Assembly (NCBI GenBank): GCA_963702425.1
Contig: CAVPCQ010000012.1
Coordinates: forward strand, 160,001-224,000
DNA length: 64,000 bases
Direction of reading: 5' to 3'
Origin: an uncultured Acidobacteriota bacterium
Lineage (GTDB): Bacteria > Acidobacteriota > Polarisedimenticolia > J045
In this document: positions 11,666 through 22,241 of the stretch, in pieces
How the letters are laid out: every line of letters starts with the position of its first letter
Numbering within the stretch: the first letter of the stretch is position 1
Position numbers and translations under genes: made by a program
Notes under the pieces: generated by a model
The model's database searches: none
Told to the model about the DNA's origin: nothing
What the model saw: the letters and a program-made list of their open reading frames with translations, nothing else

Positions 11666-11813
11666 CGTCCGCCCTCCTGCCTGAAGTTAACGCGGCAGCG
11701 GCCGCCGGCCAAGGCCGCCGGGGAGGAGGCGCCGACCGCTGGCGTGGAGCGGGCGCCGCAGCCCCGCCCGGGCTGCCGGGCCGCGGTTATCCTCCTGGCA
11801 GGAGGTCACGACG

Positions 11814-13574
11814 ATGATCCGGCCCGGCAAGGTGCTGCTCCTTCTCGGTGGCCTCGTCGCTCTCGTGGCGGCGGGTGCCCTCGTCATCGCGCTGGCGGTC
11901 TGGATCGGCAAGCCCGGCGTCCCCGGGCAGACGATCCTGGAGATCGACTTCGAGCGCGGGATCGTGGCCCAGCTGGCCGACGACCCGGTGACGCGGCTGA
12001 CCGCCTCCGGCGCGATCTCGCTGCGCGACGTGATCGAGACGATCGAGCGCGCCGAGCAGGACAAGCGCGTCGTCGGCCTGTTCGCGCGGATCGGTGCAGG
12101 CGACTTCGGGATGGCGACGACGCAGGAGCTGCGCGACGCGGTACTGGCCTTCCGCAAGGCCGGCAAACCGGCGATCGCGTTCGCCGAGACCTTCGGCGAG
12201 TTCGGCCCCGGCAACCGCGGCTACTACCTGGCGACCGCGTTCGACGAGGTCTGGCTCCAGCCCTCGGGCGACATCGGTCTGATCGGCGTCGAGATGTGGA
12301 GCCCGTTCATCAAGGGAACGCTCGACAAGCTCGGCGTCGTGCCGCGCATGGACCACCGCTACGAGTACAAGAACGCGATGAACATCTTCACCGAGACGGG
12401 CCTTACGCCGCCCCACCGCGAGGCGATGCAGGCAATCGCCGACAGGTGGTTCGAGCAGCTCGTCGCCGGGATCGCTGCCGGGCGCAGGCTGCCGGAGGCC
12501 GAGGTCCGGGCGCTGATCAACCGGGGGCCGTTCCTGGGCGCGGAGGCGGTCAAGGCACGGCTGGTGGACGGGCTGGGCTACCGCGACGAGGTGGTCGAGA
12601 AGTTCAAGGTCAAGCTGACCGGCAAGCCGTCGATGGTCTGGCTGCCCGCCTATCTCGAGGCCGCCGGCCGGCCGCACGAGCGCGGCAAGAAGATCGCGCT
12701 GGTCTACGGCGTCGGCGGCGTGTCGCGCGGCCGCAGTTCGTTCGACCCGCTGTCGCAGGACCTGACGATGGGCTCGGACACGGTGACCGCAGCCTTCCGC
12801 GCGGCCGTCGCCGACAAGAAGGTCAAGGCGATCCTCTTCCGGGTCGACAGCCCCGGCGGTTCGTACGTCGCGTCGGACGCGATCTGGCGCGAGGTCGTGC
12901 GGGCGCGCGCGGCCGGCAAGCCGGTGATCGTCTCGATGGGGGACGTCGCCGGCTCGGGCGGCTACTTCGTCGCGATGGCGGCCGACAAGATCGTCGCCCA
13001 GCCGGGGACGATCACCGGATCGATCGGCGTCCTCGGCGGCAAGATGCTCACCGGCGCGCTGTGGGACAAGGCCGGCGTGAGCTGGGCCCAGGTCCACCAG
13101 GGGGACCGCGCCGGGATGTTCTCGACCGGCCAGGACTTCACGCCCGAGGAGTGGCAGCGCTTCCAGACCTGGCTCGACCGCGTCTACGCCGACTTCACCG
13201 GGAAGGTCTCCGAGGGGCGCAAGCTGCCGCTCGAGAGAGTGCAGGAGATCGCCAAGGGACGGATCTGGACTGGCGCCGACGCCAAGCGGATCGGGCTGGT
13301 GGACGAGTTGGGCGGGGTGCGCGAGGCGCTGGCGCTGGCCCGCCGCGCGGCCGGGCTGACGCCGGACGAGGCGATCGAGATCGCCGAGTTCCCGGCGCCG
13401 CGTGGGATGTTCGGCGCTCTGTTCGGCGGCGAGGACCGCAGCAGCGAGCCGGCGACGCGGATCGAGGTGCGGGCGCTGGAGACGCTGCGCAGGCTGGACG
13501 CGATGGCGGCGCAGGCCGTGGGCTCGGAGCGCGACTCGGTGCTGCGGATGGGGGTCGTGCCGGAGGGGCGGTAG
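11814..13574 (+). CDS. sppA: Signal peptide peptidase SppA (protease IV, long form)
   Basis: N-terminal TM; YYLATAFDEV, YKNA, RVDSPGGS, SMGDVAGSGGY, TITGSIGV, GRIWTG. Confidence 0.95.
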   Translation: MIRPGKVLLLLGGLVALVAAGALVIALAVWIGKPGVPGQTILEIDFERGIVAQLADDPVTRLTASGAISLRDVIETIERAEQDKRVVGLFARIGAGDFGMATTQELRDAVLAFRKAGKPAIAFAETFGEFGPGNRGYYLATAFDEVWLQPSGDIGLIGVEMWSPFIKGTLDKLGVVPRMDHRYEYKNAMNIFTETGLTPPHREAMQAIADRWFEQLVAGIAAGRRLPEAEVRALINRGPFLGAEAVKARLVDGLGYRDEVVEKFKVKLTGKPSMVWLPAYLEAAGRPHERGKKIALVYGVGGVSRGRSSFDPLSQDLTMGSDTVTAAFRAAVADKKVKAILFRVDSPGGSYVASDAIWREVVRARAAGKPVIVSMGDVAGSGGYFVAMAADKIVAQPGTITGSIGVLGGKMLTGALWDKAGVSWAQVHQGDRAGMFSTGQDFTPEEWQRFQTWLDRVYADFTGKVSEGRKLPLERVQEIAKGRIWTGADAKRIGLVDELGGVREALALARRAAGLTPDEAIEIAEFPAPRGMFGALFGGEDRSSEPATRIEVRALETLRRLDAMAAQAVGSERDSVLRMGVVPEGR

Positions 13575-13598
13575 GGGCGGTTCGCGTGGGGGCGCGGG

Positions 13599-13853
13599 AG
13601 CGCGAGAGGCCCGCTGGCGAGTGGGTCGCTTCGCTCCAACACTCGCCAGCGGGCCTCTCGCGCTGCCGCGCCGGAGGGGTGCCGCCTCCCCGCATAAGAA
13701 GAAGAGAAGTGTGTTCAGCGATCGGGGCGCGTGGCGCGCGGTGAATACCGTTTCTTCTTTTCCTCACGAGGGCGGAGCGGCGCGGTGAAGGAGAGGACGG
13801 GGTCCGGCGAGTGTTGGAGCGGCGCGACCCACTCGCCGGACCCCGGTCTCTCC
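13599..13853. repeat. Composite inverted-repeat element: two related hairpins in opposite orientation around a central imperfect stem
   Basis: Perfect 25-bp stem 13599-13623/13640-13664; 16-bp perfect stem 13798-13813/13830-13845; shared 32-nt core GGCGAGTGGGTCGCnnCGCTCCAACACTCGCC. Confidence 0.85.
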
Positions 13854-13870
13854 TGCTCCGCGCCCCCCAG

Positions 13871-14083
13871 CTACCCCTCGTCCTCCTCGTCCCACTTGCG
13901 GGGCGGCGCGTCCGGATCCTCCGCCAGGAAGAACTCCTCCGCGCAGCGTTTCGAGCAGAACGGCTTACCGCCGCGGCGGTGGGCGTGCTCACCGCAGAAG
14001 CGCGAGTGGCACATCGCGCAGATCTGGAGCCGCGCCTCGGTCGGCCCCTTGCCGCAGGTCCTGCACTTCACCTCGCCGCTCAT
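13871..14083 (-). CDS. Small Zn-finger protein (70 aa) with acidic tail
   Basis: MSGEVKCRTC-x11-CAMC-x4-CGEH-x9-CSKRC...WDEEDEG; GGAGG RBS. Confidence 0.75.
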   Translation of the reverse strand: MSGEVKCRTCGKGPTEARLQICAMCHSRFCGEHAHRRGGKPFCSKRCAEEFFLAEDPDAPPRKWDEEDEG

Positions 14084-14096
14084 CGCGCCTCCTGCG

Positions 14097-14754
14097 CTAC
14101 TGCCTGACGAAAATATAGGGTCCCTTCTCCGCGCCCCAGACCTGTTTGCCGGAGGCGTCGTAGCCGCGGTCCCAGCTCTTCCAGCTCGGTCGCGGCGATC
14201 GTGACCTCCGAGGTGGCGTACGACGCGCCGCGCAGGTCGCTGCCGCACTCCTTGCCGACCGTCGATCCCGTCCAGACCGGGCCGGATCTCTTCAGCACCA
14301 CCGCGCACCCCTTGCGGACGGCCAGCGCCTCCGGCGCGAGCCCGGTCAGCTTCGCCGGGTCCTGCCCGGCCCCGGCGTACTGCAGCGGCGGGTCGGGCAG
14401 CGTGAAGACGCGGCTCTCGATCGCTCCCGCGCCGGTCCGTACGAGCTGGTAGACGCGCTGGCGGTAGGGCTTGTCGAGTGCGGTCGCGGCGGCCTGCTCG
14501 ACATAGAGCCACGGCCCGTCGGCGCGGTCGGTCCAGATCGGGACCATGACGAGGTGGATGTCGCGGTAGTTCTCGGGATCGGCCGCCGCTTGCGCGGCGC
14601 TGCTGTACGAGCCGGCCATCGCGGCCGACAGCTCGGCCAGGCCGGGGTCGGGAGGGGCGCCGGCGTGCGCCGGCCGCGGCGCCACGGCGAGGAGGGCGGC
14701 AAGCGCCGCCATGAGAGTCGTTCCCGTCCGAAGTAGCCCACGCTGTGCGCGCAT
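14097..14754 (-). CDS. CpcT/CpeT chromophore-lyase family protein with signal peptide (apparent indel near 14180)
   Basis: MAGSYSSAAQA, WLYVEQA, KPYRQRVY, RKGC, YATSEVTI; shifted frame continues SWDRGYDASGKQVWGAEKGPYIFVRQ*. Confidence 0.85.
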
Positions 14755-14959
14755 CGACCTCTCCTTGCCGCGGGGGTGGGCATTATCCGCTGCGTTGGGG
14801 GCGCCGGGGACGCCACCCGCAGGGAGGACAGGGCGGGTGCCGGGCGGGCCGACCGCGGCGCCAGGTGGCGGGCGTCGGCGGGGACGAGGCGGGGCCGCGC
14901 CGGACCCTCGGCTACCCCTTCCGGCGGGCTTGAGGGTAGAATCCCGCGCTTTCCCGGGT

Positions 14960-15034
14960 GGCGGTGTAGCTCAGTGGCAGAGCACGCGGCTCATAACCGC
15001 GGAGTCCCGGGTTCAAGTCCCGGCACCGCTACCA
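14960..15034 (+). tRNA. tRNA with CAT anticodon, most likely elongator tRNA-Met
   Basis: GGCGGTG acceptor pairs with CACCGCT-A-CCA; D-arm GCTC/GAGC; anticodon arm CGCGG-CTCATAA-CCGCG; T-loop GGTTCAAGTCC; -10 TAGAAT at 14937-14942. Confidence 0.95.
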
Positions 15035-15366
15035 GATCCCCTCCGCATCGACGCCAGCCACGCTTCGAGGACCGCGAGGTGTCCCGCGAGCCGGCCGTAG
15101 ATCGCCTCGGCCAGGTCGACGAGGTCAACCCGGTAGGGGACGGTGCCCTCTTCCAGCGCTTCGCGGATCCAGGCCAGCAGTCCCTCGGGGAGCGGACGCC
15201 GCGCCCTGACGGTGACGTCGATGTCGCTGGCGCGGTGGCGGTCCCCGCGCGCCCAGGAGCCGAACAGGTTGACCTCGGCCCCGTGGGGTGCGACAGCCGA
15301 AACGACGATCTCCCGTACGCGGGAAAACGCCCGCTCGGCCACCGAATCACGGTCGGCGGTATGCAC
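15013..15366 (-). pseudogene. Minimal nucleotidyltransferase (MNT) apparently fused to the tail of a HEPN/HI0074-type protein (deletion remnant)
   Basis: LFGSWARGD...SDID...PYRVDLVDL MNT motifs, then an abrupt LAEAIYGRLAGHLAVLEAWL; ORF end overlaps the tRNA 3' end. Confidence 0.6.
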
Positions 15367-15465
15367 GGAGGAATCGTAGCGCCTCGAGAACAGTGAGGGC
15401 CCAGGCGTGTGTTTGCGCTCTGAGATGGCCGCATCGACCCCAACCTGGCCCCGTGTGCCCCCGCC

Positions 15466-15816
15466 CTACCCCATCTCCTGCACCGGCCGCACCTCGATCG
15501 AGCCGATCCGGGCCGACGGGATCCGCTCCGCGATCGCGACCGCTTCCTCCAGCGACTCGGCGTCGATTAGATAGAAGCCGCCGAGCTGCTCCTCCGTGGC
15601 CACCGAGGGGCCCGGCTCCGCGACCGCTTTCCCTTCGCGCACCCGCACGGTGACCGCCGCGTGGGCCGGCTGGAACGGCTCGCCGGCGACGAAGTTCCAC
15701 GAGCGGCGGAGCGCGTGCGTGAAGTCGAGGTACTCCTCGTACATCGCGTGCCGCTCCGCCTCCGACATCGCCTCCCACTCGGACTCGCGGTCGTAGATCA
15801 GCAGCATGAAGCGCAT
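15466..15816 (-). CDS. YciI/DGPF-domain protein
   Basis: MRFMLLIY...AVTVRVREG..GP...EQLGGFYLIDAESLEEA...IPSARIGSIEVRPV. Confidence 0.9.
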   Translation of the reverse strand: MRFMLLIYDRESEWEAMSEAERHAMYEEYLDFTHALRRSWNFVAGEPFQPAHAAVTVRVREGKAVAEPGPSVATEEQLGGFYLIDAESLEEAVAIAERIPSARIGSIEVRPVQEMG

Positions 15817-15869
15817 GGGCGGGGCCTCCGCGCGCTATTCTCCCCCCGGTTGCCTCTCCCGGGATCCCC

Positions 15870-16931
15870 ATGCTGCCCAGCTCGCTGCTCGCTCTCGCCC
15901 CACCTTCCCTGCTCCACGAGCTGACCCGCCCGTGGGCGCCGGAGCCCGGGGCGCGCGTGCTGGTCGCGGTCTCGGGGGGGGGCGACTCGGTCGCGCTCTG
16001 CCGGCTGCTCGCGGCGCTCGCGCCGGGTCGCGGCTGGACGCTGGCGGTGGCGACGCTCGACCATGGCCTGCGCGGCGAGGAGAGCGCCGCCGACCGTCGC
16101 TTCGTCGAGGCGCTCGCGGCCTCGCTGGGGCTCCGCTGTTACGCCGGCGAGGCCGGGTCGGTGGGGGCGTCCGGGTCGCGGGCGCCATCCCGCCCAGCCA
16201 GGACGGCAGACACCGCGGCCCCCCCCTCCGAGGCCACGCTGCGCGCCGTGCGGCGCTCCTTCCTGACGGCGGCTGCGGCCGAGGCCGGCGCCGCCTGCAT
16301 CGCGCTCGGCCACACGCTCGACGACCAGGCCGAGACCGTCCTGCACCGGCTGGCGCGCGGCACGGGGCTGGCCGGCACGCGCGCAATGGCACGCTGGGCG
16401 CCGCCCTTCTGGCGCCCGCTGCTCGGGGTGCGGCGCACCGACCTGCGGCACCTGCTCGAAGCGGCGGGCCACCGCTGGCGCGAGGACTCCAGCAACCGCG
16501 AGCCGGGCGCCGCACGCAACCGCCTGCGCCTGGGCGCACTGCCGGCGCTGGAGGCTGCACTCGGCCCCGCGGTCGTCGAGAACCTCGCCCGCGCCGCCGA
16601 GCTGGCGCGCGACGACGAGGAGCTGCTCGACGCGCTGGCGGCCGAAGAGGAACCGCGCGTCGTGGCCGACCGCGAGCCGGACGCGATCGCACTCGACCGC
16701 CGCGCGCTGACCGGACTGCCCACCGCGCTGGCCCGGCGGATCGTGCGCCGCGCGCTGGTCGCGCTCGACCCCGGGCAGCCGGGCGCGGCGACCCACGTGC
16801 GCGCGGTGCTGGCCCTCTCCCGGGCCGAGGGCCCCGGTACCGAGGCGCACCTACCGCGCGGGGTCCTCGCACGGCGGGAGGAGGGCCGGGTTATCCTCTC
16901 GCGTCCCCCTTGCGCGCAGGACACTCCATGA
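15870..16931 (+). CDS. tilS: tRNA(Ile)-lysidine synthetase
   Basis: VAVSGGGDS, DHGLR, GHTLDDQAETVL, RPLL, WREDSSN, RNRLR; tilS-hpt-ftsH synteny. Confidence 0.93.
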   Translation: MLPSSLLALAPPSLLHELTRPWAPEPGARVLVAVSGGGDSVALCRLLAALAPGRGWTLAVATLDHGLRGEESAADRRFVEALAASLGLRCYAGEAGSVGASGSRAPSRPARTADTAAPPSEATLRAVRRSFLTAAAAEAGAACIALGHTLDDQAETVLHRLARGTGLAGTRAMARWAPPFWRPLLGVRRTDLRHLLEAAGHRWREDSSNREPGAARNRLRLGALPALEAALGPAVVENLARAAELARDDEELLDALAAEEEPRVVADREPDAIALDRRALTGLPTALARRIVRRALVALDPGQPGAATHVRAVLALSRAEGPGTEAHLPRGVLARREEGRVILSRPPCAQDTP

Positions 16932-17449
16932 GACGGCTCTCGCCCGAGATCCTGATTCCCGCCGACAAGATCCGCGCCCGCGTGCTCGAGCTGGCCGAGG
17001 AGATCGGCCGCGACACGCCGGAGGATGGCGAGATCGCGGTGCTGGTCGTGCTCAAGGGGGCGTTCATCTTCGGTGCCGACCTGGTGCGGGCGATCCCGCG
17101 CCGGACGCGGATCGGCTTCCTCGAGTCGCACAAGGACCCGCACAACAAGGGGATGGCCGACTTCATCTTCACCCATCCCTTCCCGGTCGAGGGGGCCGAC
17201 CTGCTGGTCATCGAGGACATCCTCGACACCGGGTGGACGATGGACCACATGTTCGCCCGGCTGCGCTCCCGCCGGCCGAAGCGGCTGCGCTCGGTCGTGC
17301 TGCTCGACAAGAAGCCGCGGCGGGAGGTCGAAGTGCCGATCGACTACGTCGGTTTCGAGATCCCGGACGTCTGGGTCGTCGGCTACGGGCTGGACGACGG
17401 CGAGACCTTCCGCAATCTCCCGGACGTCCGGTTCACGGTCGAGAGCTGA
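16928..17449 (+). CDS. hpt: Hypoxanthine phosphoribosyltransferase (atypical flexible loop)
   Basis: VLKGAFIF, LLVIEDILDTG PRPP loop, LLDK, VVGYGLD...FRNLP; synteny. Confidence 0.88.
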   Translation: MRRLSPEILIPADKIRARVLELAEEIGRDTPEDGEIAVLVVLKGAFIFGADLVRAIPRRTRIGFLESHKDPHNKGMADFIFTHPFPVEGADLLVIEDILDTGWTMDHMFARLRSRRPKRLRSVVLLDKKPRREVEVPIDYVGFEIPDVWVVGYGLDDGETFRNLPDVRFTVES

Positions 17450-17544
17450 CCGGGCGCCTGCCGGCCCGTTCCGGCCCCGTTTGGCGGGGGAGGTCCCCGG
17501 AGCCTTAGAATGTCCCGGAAGGCACCCCCGTCCGGAGGCCCACG

Positions 17545-19488
<1,944 letters not shown>

Positions 19489-19513
19489 CCGGCAACCCCT
19501 CGCGCGCGCCGCG

Positions 19514-20698
19514 ATGACCGCCCTCGCCTGGGACCTTCTCCAGCCGGCGGACGTCGCGGCGTTCCTCGGTCCCGAAGGACTGGTCGACCAGGTGTCGCGT
19601 GTGCCGTGGCCCTGCCGCGCCGCGCGCCTCGAGCTGCCGCCAGGCGGCTGCGCGGCGCTTCCCGTCCCGCTCCCGGCGGGGGTCGTCGTGCTGGAAACCG
19701 CGCCGGGGCTGGCGGGCGCTCCGGCGCCCGTCTCCGCGGCGCCGCGCGCGGTGGTCGCCGGGCCGGCCACCGGACTCGCCCAGCTCGGGCCGGCCTGGCC
19801 GGAGCTGGCTGCCCTCGTCGCGCGCCTCGAGCGCGCCCCGCTCCGGCTGCGCTTCGCCGACGACGCGGTCTGGGACCTGTCGGACCGCCCGCACCTCATG
19901 GCGGTCCTCAACGTCACCCCCGACTCCTTCTCCGACGGCGGCCGATTCGAAGCCCCCGCGGATGCGCTGGCCCATGCCGAGCGCTGCCTCGCGGAGGGGG
20001 CGGACCTGCTCGACGTCGGCGGCGAGTCGACGCGGCCGGGAGCCGCGCCGGTGGACGAGGAGGCCGAGTCGCGCCGGGTCGTGCCGGTCGTCGCGGCGCT
20101 CCGGGCCCGCTTTCCGGCGGTCCGGATCTCGATCGACACCCGCCACGCGGCGGTGGCGCGCCGCGGGCTGGACGCCGGCGCCGACCTGATCAACGACGTC
20201 TCGGCCGGCGCTGATCCGGCGCTGCTGCCGCTGGCGGCCGCGGCCGGGGTCCCGGTCGCACTGATGCACATGCGCGGCGAACCGGCGACGATGCAGCGCG
20301 GCACCGGCTACGCGGACCTCGTCGGCGAGGTCGCGGAGGCGCTCGGCTCGGCCGCCGAACGCGCGCGGAGAGCTGGCGTCGCGGATGATAGAATCCTGCT
20401 CGATCCGGGCCTCGGCTTCGGCAAGTCGGCGGAGGGGAACGAGTTGCTGCTCCGCCAGCTCGGTGCGCTGCGCAGCCTCGGGTACCCGATCCTGGTCGGG
20501 GCCTCGAGGAAGGCGTTCATCGGTCGTCTGACCGGCGTGCGCGATCCGGCCGCGCGGCTCGCCGGCAGTGTGGCGGCGGCGGTCGTCGCCGCGCTGCGGG
20601 GGGCGGCGATGCTTCGCGTCCATGACGTCGGGGCCACGCGCGAGGCCCTGGCGGTTGCGGCGGCGCTGCGCCGCGCGCGGGGGACGGACGGGTGCTGA
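19514..20698 (+). CDS. folP: Dihydropteroate synthase with ~120-aa N-terminal extension
   Basis: LNVTPDSFSDGG, DVGGESTRPGA, SIDT, INDVS, DPGLGFGK, GASRK, LRVHDV. Confidence 0.95.
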   Translation: MTALAWDLLQPADVAAFLGPEGLVDQVSRVPWPCRAARLELPPGGCAALPVPLPAGVVVLETAPGLAGAPAPVSAAPRAVVAGPATGLAQLGPAWPELAALVARLERAPLRLRFADDAVWDLSDRPHLMAVLNVTPDSFSDGGRFEAPADALAHAERCLAEGADLLDVGGESTRPGAAPVDEEAESRRVVPVVAALRARFPAVRISIDTRHAAVARRGLDAGADLINDVSAGADPALLPLAAAAGVPVALMHMRGEPATMQRGTGYADLVGEVAEALGSAAERARRAGVADDRILLDPGLGFGKSAEGNELLLRQLGALRSLGYPILVGASRKAFIGRLTGVRDPAARLAGSVAAAVVAALRGAAMLRVHDVGATREALAVAAALRRARGTDGC

Positions 20699-21546
20699 TC
20701 CAGCGGCTGGTCGAGGCCCTGCGCCTGGAACAACTGCGCGACCCGCTGGCGTGGCTCGACGTCGTCCTGCTCGCGTTCGTCATCTACCAGGTGCTGCTGA
20801 TGATCCGGCGCACGCGCGCGGTCCAGGTCACCTACGGCCTGCTGCTGCTGCTGGTGCTCTGGTTCTTCACCGATCCTTCCGGTCTGCTGCCGCTCAGGGC
20901 GCTCCACGAGGTGCTCGGGACGCTGCTCTTCTACCTGCCGTTCGTCGTGATCGTGCTGTTCCAGTCGTCGATCAAGCAGGCCCTGGCGCGCTTCGGCGCG
21001 CTGTCGTTCCTGCCGCTGCGGCAGCCGGAAGTCGGCGATCCGGCGATCCTCGAGGCGGCCCTCGCCGCCTCTTCGATGGCCTCGACCCGGACCGGTGCGC
21101 TGATCGTCTTCGAACGGATCCAGGGGCTGAAGAGCTACGCCGACACCGGGATCGCGCTCGACGCCGCGGTCAGCTACGACCTGCTGGTCAACATCTTCAC
21201 GCCGCGCACGCCGCTGCACGACGGCGCGGTGATCATCGGCGAGGGGCGGATCAAGGCCGCCAGCGCCTTCCTGCCACTGTCGACCGATCCCTTCATCTCG
21301 CGCACCTTCGGGACCCGGCACCGGGCCGCACTGGGGATCACCTCGGAGACCGACGCGGTCGCCGTGGTGGTCTCGGAGGAGCGCGGCATGGTCTCGATCG
21401 CGGTCGACGGCCGACTGGAGCAGGACCTCGACACCCGCCGGCTGCGCGAGCGCCTGACGCAGCTCCTCTCTCCCGAGCGCGGCCGGCGCGGGCGGCGCCG
21501 GCGCGCCGCGGCGCGGCTCGCCGCCTCCCGCGGGGCCGCGTCATGA
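20692..21546 (+). CDS. cdaA: Membrane diadenylate cyclase CdaA/DacA
   Basis: Three N-terminal TMs; DisA_N motifs TPLHDGA and GTRHRAA, VVSEERG. Confidence 0.95.
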   Translation: MLIQRLVEALRLEQLRDPLAWLDVVLLAFVIYQVLLMIRRTRAVQVTYGLLLLLVLWFFTDPSGLLPLRALHEVLGTLLFYLPFVVIVLFQSSIKQALARFGALSFLPLRQPEVGDPAILEAALAASSMASTRTGALIVFERIQGLKSYADTGIALDAAVSYDLLVNIFTPRTPLHDGAVIIGEGRIKAASAFLPLSTDPFISRTFGTRHRAALGITSETDAVAVVVSEERGMVSIAVDGRLEQDLDTRRLRERLTQLLSPERGRRGRRRRAAARLAASRGAAS

Positions 21547-22214
21547 GCCGCTTGCGCCGCGCTCTCGGCCAGAACCTCGGCCTGAAGCTCGTCTCGCTCG
21601 GACTGGCCTACCTGGTCTGGGCCTGGGTCGTCGGCCGTGCCCCGCTGGTGCGCTTCGAACAGATCCCGATCGACCTGCAGGCCCCCTCGGGCGTAGTCGT
21701 GCTCGAGTTCTCGCCGGCCACGGTGACGGTCCGCCTGCAGGGCGATCCCGGCGTCGTGCGCCGCATCAACAGCGCCGACGTCGTGGCGCGGATCCGCGCC
21801 CCGCGCGTCGACGGGCGCGCGACCAAGACGCTGACGATCGAGCCCGAGAACGTCGTCGGGCTCCCGTCGGGGGTCGACGTGCAGCTCCGCGAGCCGCAGG
21901 TCAAGGCGGTGCTCGAGAGCGCACTGGTCAAGACCGTGCGCGTCATCCCGCGCACGACCGGCCGCGTGCCGTTCGGGTACCGGGTCGTCCAGCTGCAGAG
22001 CGATCCCGGCGTCGTGACCGTGCGGGGCCCGGTGAGCGCGGTGCGCCCACTGCAGACCGTCGCGACCGAAGAGATCGAGCTTGCCGGCCACAGCCTGCCG
22101 TTCACCGCGCGCTCCACCCTGGCGCGCACCGAATCCCACCTGACCTTCGACCCGGAGGCGGTCCGGGTGTCGATCGACATCCAGCCGCTCCCGGAGCTTC
22201 CCGACCAGGACTGA
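21543..22214 (+). CDS. cdaR: CdaR/YbbR-like regulator
   Basis: NLGLKLVSLGLAYLVW TM followed by two YbbR-like repeats; lies between cdaA and glmM. Confidence 0.88.
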   Translation: MSRLRRALGQNLGLKLVSLGLAYLVWAWVVGRAPLVRFEQIPIDLQAPSGVVVLEFSPATVTVRLQGDPGVVRRINSADVVARIRAPRVDGRATKTLTIEPENVVGLPSGVDVQLREPQVKAVLESALVKTVRVIPRTTGRVPFGYRVVQLQSDPGVVTVRGPVSAVRPLQTVATEEIELAGHSLPFTARSTLARTESHLTFDPEAVRVSIDIQPLPELPDQD

Positions 22215-22241
22215 CCCGCCGGCGACACACGAGGACGACCC

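Noticed and set aside
14960-15034. tRNA-Ile2 (suggested by nearby tilS) or initiator tRNA-fMet
   Set aside because: The GGCGG acceptor (G2-C71, C3-G70) is elongator-Met-like; no C1:A72 mismatch and no GGG/CCC anticodon stem. Not tested with a covariance model
15034-15870. Integrative element at the tRNA 3' end
   Set aside because: No integrase and no duplicated tRNA 3' end (attR) visible
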